DNA of 64,000 nucleotides from Tubulanus polymorphus (Eukaryota > Animalia > Nemertea): contig NC_134029.1 of NCBI RefSeq assembly GCF_964204645.1, positions 14,874,950 to 14,938,949 on the forward strand, in the 5' to 3' direction. The position numbers were made by a program, and so were the translations under genes. Under the pieces are notes generated by a model. The model did not search any database. It had not been told where the DNA came from and worked only from the letters and a program-made list of their open reading frames with translations. Every line of letters starts with the position of its first letter. Positions within the stretch are counted from its first letter, which is position 1. Below are positions 12,401 to 23,410 of the stretch, in pieces.

Positions 12401-14468
12401 CCAGAAGAAAATAAAACCGAAAGATCATGTTTTTACAGAAAAATTAATACTTACTCAAAATAATAAATACAATTATATCGTTCATTATAGAATGTTAAAA
12501 TTTTATCTAAAACAAGGAATGAAATTAAAGAAAGTACATAGATATATTGAATTTAATCAATCGAAGTGGTTAGAAAAATATATAGATTTCAATACTCAAC
12601 AGAGAACCATATCAAAAACAGATTTTGAAAAAGATTTCTTCAAATTAATGAATAATAGTTCTTATGGTAAAACATGTGAAAATATTAGAAATAGAAATGA
12701 TATTGAATTAGTCAATAATTCTGAAAGATTAAGACATTTACAATCAAGTCCTAGACATTTAGGAAATAAAAGATTTGAAGATTATTTAACAGCAGTTAAA
12801 TTAAAAAGAACATCAATGAAATTTAATAAACCTATATTTATTGGTTCGACTGTTTTAGAAGTATCAAAATTATTAATGTATGATTTTTATTATAATGTTT
12901 TACAACCACTTTTTGGGGAAAAGCATATTAAAATATTATATTTTGATTCTGTAACAGCTGACACCCCAATATTATTAAAATGTAATGATAAAATATTGAT
13001 AAGAAGAATTTCAGAAATAATTCCAAAACAAAATGAATGTTATATTTCATATGGAGAAAAAGAATTAATACAAATAAATGGTTTAATGGATGTTTGGACA
13101 AGAAATGGATGGAAAAAATTAAAGAATATTATTAGACATAAAACAAATAAAAAAATCTATAGAGTTAGAACTAAATTAGGATTTGTAGATGTTACAGAAG
13201 ATCATAGTTTAATTAAACGAAATGGCGATGAAATAAAACCAACTGATATAAAAATTGGAGAAGAATTATTGCATAAAAGATTTTTCCAAAGAATGAATCA
13301 TATGTCATTTGATGAAATTATTGATAATATTTATAATATAGAACCCGAAACATTAGAAGAAAAAGAATATTTTATCAAAGGATTTTTCATGGGTGATGGT
13401 TCAGCAGGTGTGTATAATTATGTTTGGGGTAATAAATATTGTTGGTATTTATGCAATCAAGACTTAAAATTATTAGAAAGAATTAAGAAATTCTGTGAAG
13501 AAGTTTATCCAAATAAAACATTTAGAATCATGGATGTTATGAAATCATCAGCAGTTAATAGAATACTTGTAAATAATCCTAAAGATTTTGCTATAAAATA
13601 TAATAATGAATTCTATATTCATGCAATAGTGAAAAGTAATACTTCAACAAAAGAAAAGATAGTTCCAGATTATGTATTAAATGCAAAAAATAATTTAAGA
13701 AAATGGTTCTTCATTGGATTCTATGCAGCAAATGGTGCTAAAAAATTTACAAAAGATAAAAAGATTACCTTTGCACAGAAAGGAAAAGTTGCTATATCAG
13801 GGTTAAATATATTATGTAATTCATTAGGCTTCAATATGAATATTGGATTGATTAAATCTAAACCAAATTGCTTTAATCTAAGCCACACAGAAAAAGATTT
13901 AACTGAAGAGGTTAAAGATTTATTTGAAATATATAACCCATCAGATTATGTTTATGATTTATCAACTGAAGATGGTACATTTAACTGTGGATTTCCATTA
14001 ATTTGCTTCAATACGGATGCGTATATACTAAAAATCAAGACAAATGATATAACAAAAGACTTAAAAACATTAAAACATCATTTTGATTTTAGCAATTATC
14101 CCAAAGATCATGAACTATTTAGCAATGATAATAAAAAGATTCCTGGTAAGTTTAAAGATGAATTAGGGGGTGATGAAATGATTGAATTTGTTGGGATAAG
14201 AAGTAAAATGTATAGTTACAGAACAAAAGATCATGAAGCTAAAAAGTTAAAAGGAATAACAAAACATGTGGTTGATAAACATATAGAATTTCAAGATTAT
14301 ATAAAGTGTTTATATAAATCAATTGTAATGAAACACAAAATGAATTGTTTAAGATCAGAAGATCACGAGATGTACATTAATGAAGTTGAAAAAACTAGTT
14401 TGAATCCATTTGATGATAAAAGGCATATTTTAGATGATGGTATAAAAACATTACCTTATGGCCATTAA
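9409..14468 (+). pseudogene. polB: Protein-primed family B DNA polymerase with N-terminal C2H2 fingers, EndoVII-like insertion and intein; two frameshifts (~10770, ~11858)
   Basis: Three consecutive ORFs join: INIQNEDNKCFLWSI, ExoI YGDFES, RDHDHLNSKYRGAAHEDCN, ExoII FHNLSGYD, ExoIII YLKSDV, motif A DANKLYGWAM, motif B KLMNNSSYGKT, motif C YFD|TDA, GKFKDE, SKMY, KLKG, C-terminal DDKR...TLPYGH. Confidence 0.95.
12948..14012 (+). mobile_element. Intein (355 aa) with LAGLIDADG homing endonuclease inside PolB motif C
   Basis: Block A SVTADTPILL, block B VDVTEDHSLI, LAGLIDADG-like FIKGFFMGDGS and FFIGFYAANGA, block F VYDLSTEDGTFNCG, block G LICFN followed by Thr; excision restores LYFDTDAYI. Confidence 0.93.
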
Positions 14469-15781
14469 AACATAAAATCAATATCATCATACTCGAAATC
14501 ACTATTGGCTTCTTCATTTTCATTTAATTGTTCAGGTTCTTCTTCCATTCCATTTTTCTCATTTAAATAAAGTTCTATCTTGTTCCACATTTCATCTCGC
14601 TCTCTTTGTTTCTTTTTGTTTGTTAATTCGTCAAATGGAATTATAATATCTAGGTTTAAATAATTTACAATCTTATTTAAAAAGAATTCATAATTTATTG
14701 AATCTGTTATTCTATTTTCCAAATGATACATTAATATTTGTTTGAATATTTTTTTTATATTTTCCATATCTTCTTCTGTTAATTTAGGTTTTTCATAATA
14801 ATCGTTAAATAATAAATATAAATACATTTTCTTTTCTTTTGTGTTAAATGTTGGCGGAATAATTGTTTTTATAATATCTTTTTTAGTTATTTCACCATTT
14901 TCATTTTCTATTATTTTCATTTTTTCAAGCCATTGCATATATTCTGGTGTATGATCTTCCATAGAAAATATTTTAAAAATTTCATCTAGATAATTCAATT
15001 TTGGATCTATGAGAAAATCTCTAGTTTTTTCTTCACCCAATAAATTCTTTTGCCATCCACATTCATTCCAAAATATCACAGGACCTTCTTGTCTTAAGTA
15101 CTCATAAATACATTGTGGGCATTTTTTTCTATCATAGCTTGGTGATAGATCTTCATTAAGCTCTTGGTATTTTCTTACGTTTTCTTTATGTTTTATTGTT
15201 CTATTATGTAGATTTGAATTACTTGTTGTAATAATCAATTTACAATATTTACAATAATATGTTTTTCTTGTTAATTCATTATATTGTTTTTCTAACTTTT
15301 CAACTGTTTCTTCATTATCTGGTAACGTTTTCTCATAATTTATTTTTTCTAATAAATTATTTTTTCTTTCATTAAATTCAGTTTCAAATTAATAATAAAT
15401 TTTATCTATATGTACTTCACGAAATTGATGATTCTCCGAATCTTCTATATTTTCAGGGCTATATTTTATTCGACAAGGCTCGCAGAAATGATCTTTTATC
15501 TAATCCTTATCATAGAATAAGAAAGGTCTTTTCCAAATAACTTCAGGTTCAACTTCAGCAGAATTACTATTACTTTCATTACTATCAACATTAGCCGTTG
15601 CGCCGTTAATTCTACACTTCTCTGAATGTTTTTTAACATAATTTCTTGAGAATAATTTATTACATTTTGGGCAGTTTATTTTAGGGGGTTTATAATTTTC
15701 ATCATGTTTTTTCATATGTCGTGCCATATTACTTTTTCTTAGAAGTTCACCACAAATTTCGCATGCTATCTTCTCATCCAT
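14465..15781 (-). pseudogene. Multi zinc-finger protein (~438 codons, two in-frame stops)
   Basis: ORFs 15500-15781 and 14465-15238 are in one frame; the gap reads IKDHFCEPCRIKY...YYCKYCKLIITTSNSNLHNRTIKH; N-terminal CEICGELLRKSNMARHMKKH and CPKC...H...C; acidic C-terminus. Confidence 0.7.
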
Positions 15782-15845
15782 TTATTTAGGAAAATTTTAT
15801 TAAAATTAATTTTTAGTGATGAGCGGTAATTTTTTTATGTTATAA

Positions 15846-16607
15846 ATAGTGGTAGAATTAAAAGAATACAGAATATTTGTTGATTCTAGAAAACTTACAA
15901 ATTATAAATCAGATAATTTACTAGTACAATTAGATAGAGAATTTAAGAATTGTGTAGATTTAAAATTAGTTAATATAAGTTTATGTAACTCATTTTACAA
16001 TATATCGGATAAAAGTCTAGAACATTTAATTTTTTCAATCTTTTACAATAAAAGGAATAAATGTTTTTTTATATATTTAAAACCAGGATTATATAATTTA
16101 GATACATTAACACAAGAAATTAATAGAAAAGCTCGAGCTAAATTAGGAAGTGATTCCGGATTTAGTATTAGAATTTTAAAAAGTGATAGTTCTAATAAAA
16201 TAAAGATTAGGTTAGCTAATGACGAACAATTTAAATTTACAGTAAGAAAACCTTTAGGTAAACTGTTAGGAATTAACCCAGATATTGTTACAGCATACGC
16301 AGAAGGTAGATCAAACTTAATACCTTTTACACATTTTTATATTTATTGCAATTTGATTGACCCAACAAAAACATTTGAAGCAACTAAAGATACAATTTGT
16401 AATTCTGGTTTATTAAATATTTTACCATTAAAAAATGTCAAACAATTTGGAACTCAAATAAATTATAATTTAACTGAATGTGATTTCAAACCTTGTATTC
16501 CACATTTCAATAATTTTAAATTAGAAATAAGAAATCATAATGGATATTTAATTGATTTGTATAACTTTCCTGTAATTTATGAATTAGTTATAAGATGTAA
16601 AGAGTAA
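15846..16607 (+). CDS. Putative minor capsid protein (penton); start codon appears mutated (ATA)
   Basis: IFVDSR N-terminus, PGLYN, YIYCNLID, C-terminal FKLEIRNHNGYLIDLYNFPVIYELVI pattern typical of Polinton single jelly-roll proteins; TAAATA where TAAATG is expected. Confidence 0.75.
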   Translation: MVVELKEYRIFVDSRKLTNYKSDNLLVQLDREFKNCVDLKLVNISLCNSFYNISDKSLEHLIFSIFYNKRNKCFFIYLKPGLYNLDTLTQEINRKARAKLGSDSGFSIRILKSDSSNKIKIRLANDEQFKFTVRKPLGKLLGINPDIVTAYAEGRSNLIPFTHFYIYCNLIDPTKTFEATKDTICNSGLLNILPLKNVKQFGTQINYNLTECDFKPCIPHFNNFKLEIRNHNGYLIDLYNFPVIYELVIRCKE

Positions 16608-16623
16608 TTTTTTCATTATATAA

Positions 16624-16980
16624 ATGAATATAACTGTTGGACCGAGTATATGTTTTGGGTTTGATTTTAAACGTGAGAAAGAAATGAAATTTAATATGAA
16701 TGATGTAATTACACATATCAAAAATATTGCATTTTCTAATGAAACAACATTTGAGTATGAAACAACAATAGATAAAGAAACTTTAAATGTAGAAAAGATT
16801 ACTAATTTAATTAGAGAATCTTTAAGATTTTATGAATTAGATGAAGATTTTATCATCGATGATATTAAAAAAGTAATAATTGAAATATATGATAATCATA
16901 AAACTAGTAATGAAATAAATGTTGAATTAATCATAAATAAGTTAACTAAATATTTTGAAGATAGTAATTTTTTTGATTAA
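16624..16980 (+). CDS. Polinton hypothetical protein, 118 aa
   Basis: Intact ORF preceded by the shared AATTTTTT...TAAATG motif. Confidence 0.7.
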   Translation: MNITVGPSICFGFDFKREKEMKFNMNDVITHIKNIAFSNETTFEYETTIDKETLNVEKITNLIRESLRFYELDEDFIIDDIKKVIIEIYDNHKTSNEINVELIINKLTKYFEDSNFFD

Positions 16981-16983
16981 TAA

Positions 16984-17181
16984 ATTAGTGATAATAAGTG
17001 GATAATAACTGGATTATATAATGGAGCATTACTATCAGTTGGAACTGTTGGTTATTCAATGGTATTAAAAAAAGTATTCAAAATGGGAAGTGTTAATGTT
17101 GATAGATTAACATTAGCAGTTACTTTATCTAATTTAACTATTGATTATTTAGAAACACAGAAATATATTCCTCCCATATAA
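16984..17181 (+). pseudogene. Small hydrophobic Polinton protein (65 codons, start mutated to ATT)
   Basis: Open frame (M)SDNKWIITGLYNGALLSVGTVGYSMVLKKVFKMG...IDYLETQKYIPPI* directly after motif AGTAATTTTTTTGATTAATAAATT; absent from ORF track. Confidence 0.65.
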
Positions 17182-17205
17182 ATACATAATTTTTTTGCTA
17201 AATAA

Positions 17206-17628
17206 ATGGCTTCTGCAATTATAACTATTATAGGATCTGCAATTGTTAACGCTTTGGCATTTACTGGTGGTGGTTATTTATTTAAACATATTGATAAAAA
17301 TAGTTCATTAGGAGAACAAAGAAGACATAACTTAGCGTTAGAGAAATATAATAAAGCTGCAGAAGAATATAGAGAAAAGAGGCAAAACTATATGGATTAC
17401 ATCAATAAAGAATTATATGATCAGAAGATTTCACATAGAGATTTTCAATCAGTTGATGATGCAATGAGTTTATATAACGCGGTAACCAATAAAGAAAAAT
17501 TACATCTATACAAACCTAAATTATCAGATTATTATACCCCGAGTAAAGAACAACAGAAATATGAAATAATATGGATTTTAGGTGGAACTTTTATTGTTAT
17601 ATTTGTAGCATATAAATTTACTAATTAG
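17206..17628 (+). CDS. Polinton membrane-associated protein, 140 aa
   Basis: Hydrophobic Gly/Ala-rich N-terminus (GSAIVNALAFTGGGYLF), helical middle, C-terminal TM segment. Confidence 0.75.
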   Translation: MASAIITIIGSAIVNALAFTGGGYLFKHIDKNSSLGEQRRHNLALEKYNKAAEEYREKRQNYMDYINKELYDQKISHRDFQSVDDAMSLYNAVTNKEKLHLYKPKLSDYYTPSKEQQKYEIIWILGGTFIVIFVAYKFTN

Positions 17629-17648
17629 TAATTTTTTTTGCTAAATAA

Positions 17649-18083
17649 ATGGAAGATAAAGTTGATAGTATTGATATTATTCCTCATGATATAAATAAAA
17701 CTAAATTAAAAACATATTTAGAAAAAGAAATATTAGAATTTGAAAGTGACTTAAAAGTTAAAAAGAAAAAATATCTAAAAAGTAAAATTATATATTATTT
17801 GATTATAAGTGGTTCGGTTACAATTAGTTCTGTAATAACATTTCTAGCAATATTCAGTCCATTAACACCTTTAGCTATATCAATTGGTGTGTTAGGATTA
17901 AGTTCAAGTGTTTTAACCGGTATAAGTTCAAAATTAAATATAAAAAGTAATAAAGAAAAAATTAAAACTAATATAAAAGAAATTAATAAATTAAAGAACA
18001 CACTAGATTATATAATAAGTTTAAATGGCCATATAACAGTTGAAGAACAAGATAAATTATTAAAAGAATTAATAAATTATTAA
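17649..18083 (+). CDS. Polinton two-TM protein, 144 aa
   Basis: Central hydrophobic hairpin flanked by Lys-rich helices; motif-preceded ATG. Confidence 0.72.
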   Translation: MEDKVDSIDIIPHDINKTKLKTYLEKEILEFESDLKVKKKKYLKSKIIYYLIISGSVTISSVITFLAIFSPLTPLAISIGVLGLSSSVLTGISSKLNIKSNKEKIKTNIKEINKLKNTLDYIISLNGHITVEEQDKLLKELINY

Positions 18084-18099
18084 TTTTTTAATTATATAA

Positions 18100-19503
18100 A
18101 TGGTAGATAGTTTTCCAAAAGCTTTCCAATATAATAAATCAATTAAATATAATATTCCAGCAATAGATTTTAATAAAGATATTACATATAGAAATGAAGT
18201 TTTAGATTCATTAACTAATTTAGAAATTTATGTTACTGAAACTAACAATTTTAATGCAAAGATGGAAAATATATTTCATGTTTATTTAATTGATTTTAAA
18301 AAATTGAAAGATGAAAAACAATGGTTATTAAAATCTAATATGAGGTATTGGCAGAACCAATTAAATTTTGCTGTTTATTGTGCAACAACAGGTTGTGGAA
18401 TTAGTTGGAATGATCATTTGAATAATTCTAAATATAAATTAATTCAAAGTTTATTTAGATTTCATACATACTTTCAAATCAGAATAATATTAAATGAATT
18501 AGAGTGCGCTTTACCAGGATCAAGATATTTTAAAGAATTAGATAATAATATTAATTTATCTAAGTTTTATAAAATTTGCAATGAATTTAATATAGATATA
18601 AATAATTCTGATTTTAGAACAAAAATTGGAACAATAAGATCACTTCCTTGCCCTAAAAAGGTTGCAGAATATTGTGCACTTCCCATACCATCTAATAGTT
18701 TTTATAATATCTATAATAATAAATTAGGTTATGGTAAAATAGAAACTAAGGATTTAGAAACATTAAATTTCAATAAATTACCGAAATCTTATGATAATTT
18801 AAAACAATAATGGTTGGGTTTATTTTATTTTAGAAAATAGTGAAGGTTTTACTAAATCAGGTATAGAAAGAATAAATCAATCTATTAGAACTTATTTGAT
18901 TTGTATTCTAGGATCACAAGTTGAAACAAGATCACCGATAATTGGAAATTTGAATACATCATTCGATACACAAAAACAATTTAAAGTATTATTTGAAGAT
19001 TCCATACATAATGATAAAAATAGATCGATTCCAGAAAACATATAGATATCAAAATTATTTAGATAAATCACATATTAGATTAAATTATTGTATAGGCCCT
19101 AATCTATTAATTATTTCTAATGATTTAGTATTAAAGATGGGAAATATAATTGGTTATAATAATCTAATTAAAACTGCGACAATAAATAATTCATTTGGAT
19201 TAAATGATATAAATAAAAAGATTATAACTGCTCCAAAATTAATGGAAGGTGAAAAAAATAAAAAACATTCAATCAACAGAAACTAAAACTAAGAATATTA
19301 AATTGGATAATGATTCCAAAATAAAAAATTACAATACTGCAGAAAATGGTGCCGTCCGGCACCCACACGGTGATATTAAAACTGATAATATTCAACATGA
19401 TATAATTAAAACTGATAATGACAATAAATTACATGAAAATACTAAATTAGCTTTAACTTGTATAGGAATTGTTATAGGAGGAATATTATATTTTAAATTT
19501 TAA
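18100..19503 (+). pseudogene. Polinton protein of unknown function, frameshifted, C-terminal TM
   Basis: WQNQLNFAVYCATTGCG and LFRFHTYFQIRIILNEL continue via an alternate frame (GWVYFILENSEGFTKSGIERINQSIRTY...) into ORFs 18993 and 19249; only one start motif. Confidence 0.7.
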
Positions 19504-19522
19504 TTTTTTTATTATATAAATG
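19501..19522 (+). promoter_or_regulatory. Representative Polinton gene-start motif TAATTTTTTT-Nx-ATAAATG
   Basis: TAAAT(G) at every inferred gene start; a T-tract 8-20 nt upstream in most. Confidence 0.7.
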
Positions 19523-20974
19523 GATGTAGAAGGTGGAGAAGATATTGGAATGGATCCTTTTGATGAACCTGGTATAACTGATGAACAACCACCTGATTTT
19601 GATGAAACAACTTTTAATGATGGTAATGAGCCAGAATATAATAATAATTTAAATATGCCTGATTATATTAGAAATGCAGAATCACAATTAAATCCTGAAA
19701 ATTTAGACCCAGGTTTAGTAAAACAAGATTTAGATAATTTAAACAAAATAGCTAAATTAGAAGATATAATTAAAAAATCTAAACTTAACATAAATGATGA
19801 AGACGTTGGACCTTTAGTAGATAAATTAAGATTTTTAGATAATGGTAAATGTTATTATCATTTGAAAGGTGATTATTATATTGATATCACTTATAAACGT
19901 GAAAAGAAAATATTATCAGAATCAACTTTAGAAAAATTAGAACCAGATAGAATTAAAAGAATAAGTAATAGTAATGAAATAACTGATGTTACACAAAAAG
20001 AAAGAGATGATAATATAGACGTATTTAAACAAAGAATTAATGAATTATTTGAAATAATCAAAAAGAAATCAGAAACAGAAACAACTTCTGAACAGAATAT
20101 AACTTCCAAAAATAGTAAACTTAAATCAAATAAAGTTCCAATTGAAAAACTTTTACCGAATGGATTAATTGATGCAACAGATCAAGAATTAGAAGATTTA
20201 GATATATTTTCTGATAAAGCAATTAGAGAAATTATTAGTATAAGACTTGCATCTAATAAAATTGCGCATGATAAAAGTATAAGAGATTTTAAAATTAGAA
20301 CTTTAGAAAAAGAATTAACTGATAAAAATAAAGAAATAGAACAATTAAAGTCTGATTTAGATCATCAAGTAATTGATGAAATAGAATATAGGCAAAAAGA
20401 ATTACGTTTAGAAAAAGAAAAAGATGATTTAGAATATAACATAGAATTACAAAAAGAAGAAATTAAATTATTATTAAAATCATATGATTATAATATTAAT
20501 AGATTAAAAGTTATTTTTAAAGATTTGTTGATGAAACCAGATTCTGAAATATCATTGAAAGATAGAATAAAATTGTTATTTAAATTAGAAGGAATAACAA
20601 TTCTTTCAATTCTAACAGCTGTAACTATGTTATTTACAACAATTGGTTTAGCAATATCAAATGCTTTGAAATCTACACCTACTCTCAATAAACCGGATAA
20701 ACCCCCGAATGATAATAATTCTATACAAGATAAAGTTAAAGATGGTTTTAAGAAATTAGCAAAATATTTATGGGAACTATCTAAAAAATCTGCTGCAGCT
20801 TTACCTGGAGTTATTGCATCAATTGTTGGTTTTATATTGAAATCTGCTGGGAATATTCTTAACTTTGCTGCTGAACATATTATTTTATTTTTAATCACAG
20901 TTGTAAGTGCTATTATTTTTTGGTTAGTAAATATGATATCAAAAAGATATCAAGAAAAAAATAATAAAGAATAA
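19520..20974 (+). CDS. Polinton coiled-coil membrane protein, 484 aa
   Basis: Acidic N-terminus, long coiled coil, then 2-3 hydrophobic segments near the C-terminus. Confidence 0.8.
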   Translation: MDVEGGEDIGMDPFDEPGITDEQPPDFDETTFNDGNEPEYNNNLNMPDYIRNAESQLNPENLDPGLVKQDLDNLNKIAKLEDIIKKSKLNINDEDVGPLVDKLRFLDNGKCYYHLKGDYYIDITYKREKKILSESTLEKLEPDRIKRISNSNEITDVTQKERDDNIDVFKQRINELFEIIKKKSETETTSEQNITSKNSKLKSNKVPIEKLLPNGLIDATDQELEDLDIFSDKAIREIISIRLASNKIAHDKSIRDFKIRTLEKELTDKNKEIEQLKSDLDHQVIDEIEYRQKELRLEKEKDDLEYNIELQKEEIKLLLKSYDYNINRLKVIFKDLLMKPDSEISLKDRIKLLFKLEGITILSILTAVTMLFTTIGLAISNALKSTPTLNKPDKPPNDNNSIQDKVKDGFKKLAKYLWELSKKSAAALPGVIASIVGFILKSAGNILNFAAEHIILFLITVVSAIIFWLVNMISKRYQEKNNKE

Positions 20975-20998
20975 ATAATTAATTTTTTTGTTTAATAA

Positions 20999-22252
20999 AT
21001 GAGTGGGAGTTATATAAGTCCTTCTAAGATTTCTAGAATATCTAATGCTATTAAAGCAGAAAGATCACATCGTATAATTACTCATAACCCTTCAAATATT
21101 AATCTGAAATATTAATATGAAACTTTATATGTTAGAATTCCTAGATTAACACAAAATACTTTTTATGTTCCAAATAGTATTTATTTATCAGCCGATATAA
21201 AAGTAACTGGCCATGATAACAATTATGTTGTTGATAATGTTGGAAGATATTTGATTAAAAAATTAACTATAAAGATTGGTCCGGAAACAGTTTTCTCATT
21301 AGATGATTATAATTTATTTATGCATTATAAAGATTTATGGTTAACTAAAGAAAATAGAAATAATATGATATTTCAAGGCATCCAATCGGAAAACCATAAT
21401 AAATTAAGATCAGGAGCTAATGACGCAATAGTAACTCGTGCCACAGATAATTTGATTAAAAAGATTTATGGAAGCAAATATAAAATTCCATTAGATTTTG
21501 AATTGATAAATAATAATGCACCTTTATATAAATACGCAATTCAAGAAGATATTATATTTGAGATAACATTTGCTCCTGTAAATGAAATTGTATTATCTAG
21601 CGTTGTTAAAGATATGAGTTATAAATTATCGAATATATGTTTAGAATATGATACAGTAACTGATGAAAATATTTCAAGTATAATTCAAACTCAATACAAT
21701 CAAGGATTTTCATTATTATATGATTATATTGATAAATTTAAAACTGTAACTATTATTGCAATGATGAAATAATTAATGAGAATATTAACTTCCCAAGAAG
21801 ATCTATTAAAGGTATATTAATATTTTTTACTATTGCAACATTCTAATGGTGCAATAAAGGTAGATAATTATTATAATCCTGAAATAACAAAAGTAGAAAT
21901 AACTATCGAAGGAATAGCAAATAAAATATTTTGCCAAGGAATGAGAATGATAGATCAGTGGCCAGAAATTAGAAAACATTTTATGAATGAAAAAGTAAAA
22001 TCATTTGAAAATTGTAATATTAATCAAATTGATTATTATACCGGCAATAAATATGCATTATGGTTAGATTTTAGAACAACAGAGGATAATTCATTACATG
22101 GTTCTGGAAAAAAACTACAGAACACTAAAGATGGAATACAATTATTCATGAAAAAGAAAAAAGGAAGCTTAAATTTTAAAATGCATATTTATATTATATC
22201 TGACGCGCAATTAAATATTGTAAATTCACAATTAGATAGTATTCAATATTAG
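20999..22252 (+). pseudogene. Major capsid protein (double jelly-roll, hexon-like), disrupted
   Basis: MSGSYISP...ITHNPSNI, LYVRIPRL, NVGRYLIKKLTIKI, NICLEYD, NINFPRRSIKGILI, YNPEITKVEITIEG, YALWLDFRT, DAQLNI; stop at 21113 inside a 13-bp duplication, plus frameshifts ~21760 and ~21833. Family assignment from recalled Polinton MCP pattern, size and position. Confidence 0.8.
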
Positions 22253-22282
22253 AAATATAAAGTTAAAATTAAGGATATATAA

Positions 22283-23410
22283 ATGGGTGGTAAAAAAACT
22301 CCTAATACTAAAGAACAATATTTAAGAAATTTATATTACAACCCTGAGAGTTCGGTTGCTTATTCTTCTACTTAAAATATATGGCGTAAAGTAAAACAAG
22401 ATAAATTAGATAAGATAATCCCACAAAATTTAGTTAAATATAAAGATATAAATGAATTTATGTTAGAACAACCAACATATACAACACATAAAAAAATTGT
22501 TAGAAAATATAAAACTCGTAAAACTATGGTAAGTTATGTAGATCAACAGTGGCAAGGAGATTTAATTGATATGAAAAATGTTAAGAAAGATAATGATGAT
22601 TATTGGTGGTTATTGAATATAATTGATATTTTTAGTCGTTTTGTATGGAGCTTCCCACTTTATAGAAAAGATGCTGTACAAACATCAAATGTTTTAAGAA
22701 AATTTCTTTCGGATGATAAACTAAAACCAGAAAAAATACAATTTGATGATGGAAAAGAGTTTGATGATTCACTTGTTCATGAACTCTTAGATAATCATAA
22801 TATTGAATATTTTTCAACAAAATCGGATAAAAAAGCAGCAGTTGTTGAACGATTTAATAGAACATTAAGAACAAGAATGTGGAAATATTTTACAGCAAAT
22901 AATACTTTAAAATGGATTGATGTTTTACCAAAATTGATAGAAGGATATAATAATTCTTATCATTCTTCTATTGGAATGAAACCTATTGATGCTAGAAAAC
23001 CTGAAAATGCTGAAATTGTTTGGAATAATTTATATGGAGCATTTCTTGTAGATGATTTTGGTGAACCTAAATTTAAAGTTGGTCAAAATGTTAGAATTTC
23101 TAAGTATAAAAAGATATTTGATAAAGGATACGATCGAAATTTTACTAGAGAAATATATAAAATAAAAAAGGTAATAACAACAAAACCATATGTCTATAAA
23201 TTAGAAGATTTAGATGGTGAAGAAGTTGATGGCTACTTTTACGAAGAAGAATTGAGTTTAACTACCGAAAATCTAGAACAAGAATATAAAATTGAAAAAG
23301 TATTAAAAACAAAAACTATTAAATAAAAAAAATATTCTTTAGTAAAATGGGTTGGATGGCCAGATAAATTCAATGAATGGATATTGTCAAGTAAAATTAA
23401 AAATATATAA
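22283..23410 (+). pseudogene. Retroviral-like (rve) integrase with C-terminal chromodomain; stops at 22373 and 23324
   Basis: QWQGDLID, IDIFSRF, QFDDGKEF, VVERFNRTL DDE core; read-through gives YKIEKVLK...YSLVKWVGWPDKFNEWI. Confidence 0.92.

Noticed and set aside
12948-14012. Insert as hedgehog-type Hint domain or group I intron
   Set aside because: In frame, has a LAGLIDADG region and terminal Asn followed by Thr at a known intein site; fits a true intein.
17795-20898. Minus-strand ORFs within Polinton genes
   Set aside because: Antisense shadows of AT-rich coding sequence; lack TAAATG starts.
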